In this document: piece by piece, positions 1 to 6,730 of the stretch
Position numbering within the stretch: position 1 is the stretch's first letter
How the letters are laid out: each line of letters opens with the position of its first letter
Assembly: GCA_963806185.1 (NCBI GenBank)
Contig: CAWDXE010000002.1
Span: 1 to 10,119 of the forward strand
Length of the DNA: 10,119 nt
Direction: 5' to 3'
Source of the DNA: an uncultured candidate division Zixibacteria bacterium
Lineage (GTDB): Bacteria; Zixibacteria; MSB-5A5; GN15; FEB-12
Made by a program: the position numbers and the translations under genes
Notes under the pieces: generated by a model
Seen by the model: the letters and a program-made list of their open reading frames with translations, nothing else
Databases searched by the model: none
What the model was told of the DNA's origin: nothing

Positions 1-1
1 G

Positions 2-815
2 ATCATCCGCCGCGACTTCGAACAGGCCGAACAATATCTCGATCAAATAGGCAAGCGGTTCAAAGACAATACATACGAAATGTATGAGTACTATTCGGCC
101 AAAGTCAGCCTGAGCCAGTGGCGCGGTCAGTTCCGGGCCGCCTTGCAGTCTGGTCACAAGTTGATCGAGATCGCTCAGAAGACCAAGGATAAGCAACTAT
201 GCGTACAGTGCGTACGGTGCGCTCGCCGCTCAGTTCTATCAATACAATATGATGGATTCTGCGATGGTCCAGATCGACAAGGGCTATCAATACGCCACCG
301 TCTTCACCAAGATGTCTTATCCCATTCAGATCGTCGCGCGACAGCCCAACGAAGTCAATCGCGTTCGCCCACTCATGGTGAAGGCGGTTGAGAATTTCAA
401 GTCCCGGCTTCCGTCCAATATGTGGCCGATCGCCGACGGAGTGATGGAAGTGTTCGAAGGGTATGCCGCAGTCGATACGCAGCGGGTGATCACCGCGATG
501 AAGGGACTCATTGCCCGGCAGAAGGAGAGCAATGATCAGAATGTTGCCGAGTTGGGTCAGCTTCAGGTCAAGTTCCGCCAGTATGCGGAGGGAAAAGTGG
601 CGCTCGAGACCTTCATCTCCGGCCCCAAGGAAACCAGCAGCGGTTTCAGCTATCCGTACTATCTCTATCTGATCGGTGTGGCGAATGAAGGACTCGGCGA
701 TAAGGAAGGGGCCGTCGACTGCTTCCGCCAGATGCTTGGGTACTGGGGCAAGGCGGACATAGAGCTGAAAGAAATCAAGGACGCCCGCGAGCGTCTGGCG
801 CGCCTAACCAGCTAG
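2..815 (+). CDS. C-terminal part of a TPR-like helical-repeat protein (possibly the tail of a Ser/Thr kinase-TPR protein); 5'-truncated by the window edge, with an apparent +1 frameshift at about nt 191
   Basis: The frame starting at nt 2 is open (IIRRDFEQAEQYLDQIGKRFKDNTYEMYEYYSAKVSLSQWRGQFRAALQSGHKLIEIAQKTKD) and helical. The frame of ORF 249..815 extends upstream to a TGA at 162-164 and reads SNYAYSAYGALAAQFYQYNMMDSAM... The C-terminus YLYLIGVANEGLGDKEGAVDCFRQMLGYWGKADIELKEIKDARERLARL resembles the terminal TPR plus W..AD...E...AR..L cap of large TPR proteins. Confidence 0.7.
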
Positions 816-892
816 ATCTAAATGACCGTGCAATCGCGACGGCTTTCGTCGCCGTTGCCCGAAAGAGGCGATTTTCCCGGCGCAGTATTCGC

Positions 893-920
893 TTGGATAA
901 TCGCCTTCTTGGTGTATATT
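893..920 (+). promoter_or_regulatory. Putative sigma70-type promoter for the secreted-protein gene
   Basis: TTGGAT (893-898), 16-nt spacer, TATATT (915-920) in an AT-rich intergenic patch about 50 nt upstream of the ATG at 970. Confidence 0.35.
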
Positions 921-951
921 AAAGAATCAGGTCAATATCGAATGATTCTTT
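921..951. promoter_or_regulatory. Perfect 9-bp inverted repeat (operator-like or RNA hairpin)
   Basis: AAAGAATCA (921-929), 13-nt spacer, TGATTCTTT (943-951), immediately downstream of the putative -10 box. Confidence 0.4.
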
Positions 952-960
952 CCCGTTCGG

Positions 961-965
961 GGAGG
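961..965 (+). promoter_or_regulatory. Shine-Dalgarno site of the 970..3540 CDS
   Basis: GGAGG at 961-965, 4 nt before the ATG at 970. Confidence 0.75.
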
Positions 966-969
966 TTCT

Positions 970-3540
970 ATGACACGCACCATCTTGCTCGCTTTGAGTC
1001 TTGCCCTTACCGCCCTATCCGCGGGTGCGCAGGACACAGCCCATTTCATGATCGAAGCGCTTGCCGGCCGAGATACGTTGGTGGCAGGGTATCCCACCAC
1101 AATCTATTTCGGTTTCGACAATCGAAGCGACGACACCATCAAGGTAGTATCGACTGCTTTCCGGATCTATTCTCCCAATGGTGCACATTTCGATAGCCTG
1201 ACAGCCCTTGGCTGCGATTACTCCTGCCCGAACTTCGATCGCGCCACGGCGACCGTGTTTCTCGATCATGACGGGATTGGCAACGACGTGGTATGGTACG
1301 GTGGCGTCGCCGATGTCGGCGGTTTGATGCCCCATGGGCAATACGCGCCAATGGGACTTCGTTTCAAGACGCGAGCCGAAGATATTGGCAAGTCCATTTG
1401 CATTGATTCTGCCATGGTCGCGCCAGTCGGGAAGTGGACCTGGAGCTGGTTGCGGCGCGACGGCTCACGCGTGACTCCTGAGTGGGGGGGACCGTACTGC
1501 TATACGATTGGCAATCCACCTCATCCGTATTTCTGGCGCTGTCCCGAAGCCATTTACACGCAATTCAATCAGGATATCCAATACCAGTTTGGGGCAAGTG
1601 TATTCGACACGCAAAAACGGAGATTCTGCGTCCTATCCGGCCCAGGGACCATTGACAGCATGAACGGATTCTGGCAGTCAGGGCCGCTGTCGGGTGGAAG
1701 ATACCCCTTGATAGTCTGCGTAACTGATGGGCATTCGTCGGACACGTGTGCGACACAAGTCGTTGTGTCTCCGTATAGCTTCTTTGTTATTTGCCCCAGT
1801 GCGCAGGCGGCTGCCATTGGGCGTACCAGTGAAGTGACTTTACATGTTCAGCCCGAAGAAGACCAGGTAATTTACTCCTTAGTGAGCGTAGGGGGAGCGA
1901 CGGGAGTTGTAACTCTGGAAAGAAATCTTGGACATGTCCAATACACGCCTTCGGAGGCCGATGCATTGCTTCCACAACCGATCGTAATGCGGTTTACAGC
2001 GACTGACGGCTTCATGACGAGTGGTTGCTCGCTTCTGTGGTATGTGCAAGGACCTGGAAAGTATCGCGTTGAAATTGGGTATGTTCCGGACCAGTTACAG
2101 GGGCAGTATGCGACGCTCCCCATCACCCTGACCAAGGCCGACACGATAGAGGGCCTCGGCGGCTTTGACCTGCTCCTCGCCTATGACAATTCGGCCCTGT
2201 CGTTTCAGAAAGCGTTCTCGGGCAGTATCTACGATAGTTGCGGCTGGGAGTACTTCACCTATCGTTTTGGCGCCAACGGCAATTGCTCTTCTGGCTGCCC
2301 GAGCGGCATGATTCGCATAGTCGGTGTTGCGGATACCAATGTTGGTGATCACCGCCCGGGCTGTCAACCGTCGCAGGTCGGCCAATTGCCGGTTACGCTG
2401 GCCAATCTAAAGTTTCTCGTCACTAACGACCGAACTTATGAGTGTCAGTTCGTGCCACTACGTTTCTTCTGGACCGACTGCACCGACAACACTTTTTCGA
2501 ATGTGATTGGCACCAAACTCTTTATCTCATCAAAGGTACAGGATTACGGCAACGACACGCCGATCGACAACGGTTCAATCGGCTTCCCGACCTACCTCGG
2601 CGCCCAAGATGATTGTGAGACAATGACGCTGAAGGCCGAAGTGGTTCGCAGCGTCGCCTACCAGAATGGCGGAATCAGGATCGCCTGTGCTGACTCAATA
2701 GAGGTTTGCCCGGAGAGTTGTGCTCCCTTTAGTGACCTCGGTCGGAACTATGCTGCTCAAGCCTACCTGATGATGCGTCACTTTATTTACGGAGAGTCAC
2801 ACACGGGCACCAACGGTGAGTGCACCTGTGCCTGGGACATTGACGGAGACGGCACCGCAGAGACTCTCATCGATTTCCAGATGCTCGTCAGGACGTTTCT
2901 CAGTGCCTCTGGTGCCTGCCACACCACCAGCGAACCACATCCAGGGACGTATTCATACTCAGCTGGGATACTTAGCGTAAGCGCTGACTCCGGGGTTGGT
3001 GCGGTATGGGTGACTGTCGAAGGTGAGATTACACCAGTACTGCTGGCCGCGAACATGACGATGTCGTACGCTTCGGACTCCGGCAAGACGCGCATCCTTG
3101 TATCTGATTACATGGTGAACTATGACTGGATCGAGTCTTTCAATGGAGCCGTACTGGACTTGGGCGGCGCCGGAATTCTGCAATTGGAAGCTGTCAATCC
3201 CTGTGGTGAGCGACTCTTGCTCGATCCCACCTACGCCTCCGAGAGCGAGTTCAACCTTCCCACCTCCTTCTCCCTCTCCCAGAACTACCCCAACCCTTTT
3301 AATCCGGTTACCAGTATTTGTTTCGATTTGCCTACCGCCGGCACCGTTAGTCTGCAGGTCCTCAACCTCCAAGGCCAAATTGTACAGACACTCGCAGCCG
3401 GCCAGAAATCAGCCGGGCGGTACACCGTTTCCTGGGACGGGAAAAATTTCAATGGCGAAAATGTGGCCAGCGGTATATATTTCTATCGACTCACTGCTAA
3501 CGATTTTATACAAACGAGAAAAATGCTGCTCATCAAATAG
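970..3540 (+). CDS. Large secreted Cys-rich multidomain protein: signal peptide, N-terminal beta domain, two cadherin/Ig-like domains, cohesin-like domain, degenerate dockerin-like module, beta-domain, C-terminal T9SS type A/FlgD-Ig-like sorting domain
   Basis: 856-aa ORF with SD. Signal peptide MTRTILLALSLALTALSAGA|Q. Ig/cadherin-like segments ending V.VTDG and FTATDG (about 1513-2050). Cohesin-like segment QGQYATLPITL...LGGFDLLLAYDNSALSF...LANLKFLV (about 2059-2688). EF-hand-like DIDGDGTAETLIDF (from 2836). C-terminal LSQNYPNPFNP...LNLQGQIVQTL...WDGKN...VASGIYFYRL...TRKMLLIK (about 3253-3537). Confidence 0.85.
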   Translation: MTRTILLALSLALTALSAGAQDTAHFMIEALAGRDTLVAGYPTTIYFGFDNRSDDTIKVVSTAFRIYSPNGAHFDSLTALGCDYSCPNFDRATATVFLDHDGIGNDVVWYGGVADVGGLMPHGQYAPMGLRFKTRAEDIGKSICIDSAMVAPVGKWTWSWLRRDGSRVTPEWGGPYCYTIGNPPHPYFWRCPEAIYTQFNQDIQYQFGASVFDTQKRRFCVLSGPGTIDSMNGFWQSGPLSGGRYPLIVCVTDGHSSDTCATQVVVSPYSFFVICPSAQAAAIGRTSEVTLHVQPEEDQVIYSLVSVGGATGVVTLERNLGHVQYTPSEADALLPQPIVMRFTATDGFMTSGCSLLWYVQGPGKYRVEIGYVPDQLQGQYATLPITLTKADTIEGLGGFDLLLAYDNSALSFQKAFSGSIYDSCGWEYFTYRFGANGNCSSGCPSGMIRIVGVADTNVGDHRPGCQPSQVGQLPVTLANLKFLVTNDRTYECQFVPLRFFWTDCTDNTFSNVIGTKLFISSKVQDYGNDTPIDNGSIGFPTYLGAQDDCETMTLKAEVVRSVAYQNGGIRIACADSIEVCPESCAPFSDLGRNYAAQAYLMMRHFIYGESHTGTNGECTCAWDIDGDGTAETLIDFQMLVRTFLSASGACHTTSEPHPGTYSYSAGILSVSADSGVGAVWVTVEGEITPVLLAANMTMSYASDSGKTRILVSDYMVNYDWIESFNGAVLDLGGAGILQLEAVNPCGERLLLDPTYASESEFNLPTSFSLSQNYPNPFNPVTSICFDLPTAGTVSLQVLNLQGQIVQTLAAGQKSAGRYTVSWDGKNFNGENVASGIYFYRLTANDFIQTRKMLLIK

Positions 3541-3706
3541 ATGGGCGGCCTGCTATTATTTCGCCAGTTAGCAAGGAGACTCACCAGCTTTTCCTCTCTG
3601 CTCACGAATTCGAGATCGACCCGCACACTTAGGCGGGCCCATGCTTTTCACCGCTTGGCAGGAGGTAGGTATGTCTGGTCAGTCCTCACACAAACTGCAC
3701 TCGTTC

Positions 3707-3711
3707 AGGAG
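3707..3711 (+). promoter_or_regulatory. Shine-Dalgarno site of the second secreted protein
   Basis: AGGAG at 3707-3711, 7 nt before the ATG at 3719, which begins a clean signal peptide. Confidence 0.65.
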
Positions 3712-3718
3712 ACTCATT

Positions 3719-5818
3719 ATGTGGCGAAACGCCCTGATTGTCTTAGTCGTTGCGACGCTGGCCGCCGGCGCCGCAAACGCGGCGACGTATGGATTCCGTA
3801 TCGAACCCGTTTACAACCAGCTCCAGGGACGGGAGGTAGAGGTCGACATCACCTGCTACACCTACCCGCAACAGCGAGTGCTGAATCTCTGGTTATCGGT
3901 CGCCTATGATCTGGAGGCTCTTAGCTTTGCCGGAGCAGTACCGCTCGACTCAAGTCTTGGCTGCAAGTGGGACATGTCCTACAACACATTCGGTCCGGTG
4001 GTCGACGGCCCCGACGGCAAACGATACGGCGTTGCCTCCGTTGCCTATGCCGGCGCCGGCCCCTACGGTTCTGCGCAGCAGTCCTGCCCCTTTGAAAACG
4101 GCGAAACGGCGCCTTTCACCATCGCGCGTCTCAAGTTTCTGGTATCAAACGATCGGGGGTATGAATGTGATACGCTTCCCCTTCGCTTTGTCTGGTTCGA
4201 TTGTGTCTCCAATGCGCTCGTGGATACCGGTTTCAATTTCCATCTGTCATCAGCGTTGATCGATCCGTTAACACAGACCGATATCCATGCCCCGACTCTC
4301 TTCCCGAGCTTCTTAGGGGCCCCGGATTCGTGCGAAATCCAATTCGATCCCGATTATGTCCGGGACATCGAGTTTACCAATGGTTATGTCCAGGTCATCT
4401 GCCCGGACACGATCGACTATCGCGGCGACATCAACTGCAACGGCCTCTCCAACGAAATCGCCGACTTCATCTATTTCGCCAAGTATTTCATTGAAGGCCC
4501 CTCAGCCTTTGCCAACACGGCCCAGTGTTCATTTCAAACTTCCGACCTCAATTGTGATGGTCTTGGTGCGCAGCTTGAAGACCTGGTGCGGCAGCTGAAT
4601 ATAGTTACGGGATACTGGCAGCCGGATCCGTGCGGGGGAGAAGGTCAGCTCTTTGGTTTGTCTTCTTACGTGGACGGGATACTCGCCGCCGAGAGTGTCA
4701 GCGTGTCGGCGGCTCATATCGTGGCCGATGGCAACGTCACGCCCGTATCGCTTATCGCGGATTCGGCTTTTGTTCTGGCCTATCAGTATCACGCGGACGG
4801 AGACACAACCGCGATCCTGATCCTTCCGAATCTGGCCGCTGTTGCGTTGGGTCAGCCATTACCCACGTTTACCGGTCCATTTCTCGACTTGGGAGACGCC
4901 GAAGTGCGCCACACGGTGCTGGTGAATCCCGATGCCCGACGGATCGGCAGTGAGCTTTATCCTCGCGGTGATCTCAACTGCAATGGCATGGGCTGGGAAT
5001 TTGCCGATATGATACAACTCGAGTATTACCTGCTGATGGGTGATACATCCCTCACCTGGCAGCCAAAATGCGGGTTGCGCGGCGCCGATGTCAACTGTGA
5101 CGGCCGGAAGGGGGGAGTCGATGATCTGGTCGCTCTCCTCGGGACTTTTCGAGGAGTCTTTTCTGAAGAGGATTGCCCACCCATTTTGCCTCCGCTGGCC
5201 GGTTCATTCACCTATGAAAACGATACTCTCAGTATTGACGGACCTGCCGTAACGTGTGTGCGTGTGGTCGTCTCCGGCGAGATCATACCGCAGTTGCTCT
5301 TGACGGACTCAATGGTCACGCTTGAATACTATTATCACTCGGTGGGTGATTCGACCGTAGTCTTGATGTTCTTGAGGTTTCAAGGATCAGCACCATCCGA
5401 ACCACTTTCCGGTTACACGGGACCGGTACTTGATCTTGGGGGAGCCGAGATCCAGACGCTTGAGCTGGTCAGCCCTGACGGTCGCCGAATTGAAGCCATG
5501 CCGACCGGTGCAAACAACGGCGATGACAATACATTGCCCAGTACCTATGCTCTCGACCAGAACTACCCCAATCCGTTTAATCCGTCGACTCAGATCAGCT
5601 TTAGCCTGCCCTCGGCCGGTGCCGTCAAGCTGACCGTACATAATGTCATGGGCGAAGTCGTCCGCACGCTCATTGACCGGCGCATGAATGCCGGGCGCTA
5701 CACAATGGAATGGAATGGCAAAAACGACAGCCACCAATCGGTCGCAAGCGGCATCTACTTCTACCGAATCTACGCCGGCGACTTCACCTCGACCAGGAAG
5801 ATGATGCTCGTCAAATAG
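3719..5818 (+). CDS. Secreted Cys-rich protein: signal peptide, cohesin-like domain, two tandem [dockerin-like + beta-domain] modules, C-terminal T9SS type A/FlgD-Ig-like sorting domain; paralog of the upstream gene
   Basis: The ORF track starts at 3641, but ATG 3719 has an SD and gives MWRNALIVLVVATLAAGAANA|A (699 aa). Cohesin-like QLQGREVEVDI...VAYDLEALSF...IARLKFLVSNDRGYECDTLPLRFVWFDC aligns by eye with the upstream protein. Dockerin loop pairs GDINCNG/SDLNCDG and GDLNCNG/ADVNCDG. C-terminal LDQNYPNPFNPSTQISFSLP...VASGIYFYRI...TRKMMLVK. Confidence 0.85.
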   Translation: MWRNALIVLVVATLAAGAANAATYGFRIEPVYNQLQGREVEVDITCYTYPQQRVLNLWLSVAYDLEALSFAGAVPLDSSLGCKWDMSYNTFGPVVDGPDGKRYGVASVAYAGAGPYGSAQQSCPFENGETAPFTIARLKFLVSNDRGYECDTLPLRFVWFDCVSNALVDTGFNFHLSSALIDPLTQTDIHAPTLFPSFLGAPDSCEIQFDPDYVRDIEFTNGYVQVICPDTIDYRGDINCNGLSNEIADFIYFAKYFIEGPSAFANTAQCSFQTSDLNCDGLGAQLEDLVRQLNIVTGYWQPDPCGGEGQLFGLSSYVDGILAAESVSVSAAHIVADGNVTPVSLIADSAFVLAYQYHADGDTTAILILPNLAAVALGQPLPTFTGPFLDLGDAEVRHTVLVNPDARRIGSELYPRGDLNCNGMGWEFADMIQLEYYLLMGDTSLTWQPKCGLRGADVNCDGRKGGVDDLVALLGTFRGVFSEEDCPPILPPLAGSFTYENDTLSIDGPAVTCVRVVVSGEIIPQLLLTDSMVTLEYYYHSVGDSTVVLMFLRFQGSAPSEPLSGYTGPVLDLGGAEIQTLELVSPDGRRIEAMPTGANNGDDNTLPSTYALDQNYPNPFNPSTQISFSLPSAGAVKLTVHNVMGEVVRTLIDRRMNAGRYTMEWNGKNDSHQSVASGIYFYRIYAGDFTSTRKMMLVK
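4421..5494 (+). repeat. Intragenic tandem duplication of an approximately 181-aa module (dockerin-like + beta-domain)
   Basis: Copy 1 starts RGDINCNG at 4421 and ends FTGPFLDLGDAEVRHTVLVNPDARRIG (about 4948). Copy 2 starts RGDLNCNG at 4964 and ends YTGPVLDLGGAEIQTLELVSPDGRRIE (about 5494). Offset is 543-546 nt. Similarity is visible at the protein level. Confidence 0.8.
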
Positions 5819-5835
5819 CCACTGAGATCATCGCC

Positions 5836-5878
5836 AAAAATAAAGCCGTCAGATTGTTCACCTGACGGCTTCTTCTTT
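5836..5878. terminator. Bidirectional rho-independent terminator between convergent transcription units
   Basis: Perfect 10-bp stem AAGCCGTCAG (5843-5852) / CTGACGGCTT (5862-5871) with a 9-nt loop. It is flanked by AAAAATA upstream (U-tract on the - strand) and CTTCTTT downstream (U-rich on the + strand). Confidence 0.85.
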
Positions 5879-5898
5879 GATCTGGAATTTGTCGTCGC

Positions 5899-6717
5899 CT
5901 AGTACGACTCTTCCGCGTTCGGATACTTGCCGCTCTTCACATCCTCAATGTACTTCGTCGCCGCGTCGGTAATCTGCGGGCTCAGGTTGGCGTATTCGCG
6001 CACGAACTTCGGTTTGAACCCTGGTTCGCGAAGTCCGAGAATGTCGGTGATCACCAGCACCTGCCCGTCACAGTCCGGCCCGGCGCCGATGCCGATAGTT
6101 GCGGCCGTCTGTAGTGACTTCGTAATCTCGGCGGCAACATTCGATTCCATCAGCTCCAACACCATTGAGAAGCAACCGGCTTCTTCCAGTGCCTTTGCCG
6201 ATTCGAGCAGATATCTCCGCGAGCGATCCTCACGCCCCTGCACCTTCGGTCCGCCGAATCGATGCATCGATTGCGGCGTCAGGCCAATATGCCCCATGAC
6301 CGGTATGCCGACCTCAACCAGTCGGCGAATTGTCTCGGCCATCTCCATCCCACCTTCGATTTTCACCGCCTCCGCGCCGGCCTTCAGAAATGCGCCGGCG
6401 TTTTCGATGGCAGTTTGAATCGACGGTTGAAACGAGAGGAAGGGCATATCCGCAACCAGCAGTGCCCGCTCGGTCCCGCGTGCGACAGCCGACACGTGCG
6501 CCAGCATGACCTCCATGGAGATCGGCAGCGTCGTGCGGTACCCATGAATAACGTTGGCCGCGGAGTCACCCACGAGCAGGCAGTCGACGCCGGCCTGGTC
6601 GAGGAGCATCGCGGTGAAATAATCATACGCGGTCAGGACAGCAATTTTCTCGCCCTCGGCCTTCTTCTGGACAATACCCGGGACGGTGATCTTCTTGCGT
6701 CGATGCATGACAGACAT
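5899..6717 (-). CDS. panB: 3-methyl-2-oxobutanoate hydroxymethyltransferase
   Basis: Motifs LTAYDY, LLVGDS, ADMPFLSF, GAEAVKIEGG, MGHIGLTPQS and IGIGAGPDCDGQVLV; 272 aa. The start could alternatively be the ATG at 6708. Confidence 0.97.
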   Translation of the reverse strand: MSVMHRRKKITVPGIVQKKAEGEKIAVLTAYDYFTAMLLDQAGVDCLLVGDSAANVIHGYRTTLPISMEVMLAHVSAVARGTERALLVADMPFLSFQPSIQTAIENAGAFLKAGAEAVKIEGGMEMAETIRRLVEVGIPVMGHIGLTPQSMHRFGGPKVQGREDRSRRYLLESAKALEEAGCFSMVLELMESNVAAEITKSLQTAATIGIGAGPDCDGQVLVITDILGLREPGFKPKFVREYANLSPQITDAATKYIEDVKSGKYPNAEESY

Positions 6718-6730
6718 GACTTGCTTTCGG

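Noticed and set aside
80..391. 103-aa ORF as a standalone gene
   Set aside because: Its frame is open from the window start, and the part after about nt 191 is an out-of-frame read-through of the TPR-like gene.
855..872. GCCCGAAAGAGGC GAAA-tetraloop as a c-di-GMP-I riboswitch
   Set aside because: The flanking GGCAAAC and GACGCAAAG conserved elements are absent.
822..1196. 124-aa ORF spanning the intergenic region
   Set aside because: No SD, low-information Arg/Ser-rich sequence, and it overlaps the signal-peptide region of the well-supported 970..3540 CDS in another frame.
1740..2060. Slightly AT-richer codon usage in the second Ig-like domain suggesting mosaic origin
   Set aside because: The difference is modest by eye and cannot be separated from noise without a computed GC3/codon profile.
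3641..3718. N-terminal extension of the 725-aa ORF from ATG 3641
   Set aside because: There is no SD at 3641, and the signal peptide and an AGGAG SD point to ATG 3719.
970..5818. Diversity-generating retroelement or CRISPR-like repeats in the paralogous genes
   Set aside because: No reverse transcriptase, no long near-identical TR/VR pair with adenine-specific mismatches, and no regularly spaced repeats. Similarity is at the protein level apart from short CTD matches.
970..5818. True cellulosome or carbohydrate-active enzymes
   Set aside because: No glycoside hydrolase, CBM or tandem multi-cohesin scaffoldin signature is recognisable in the window.
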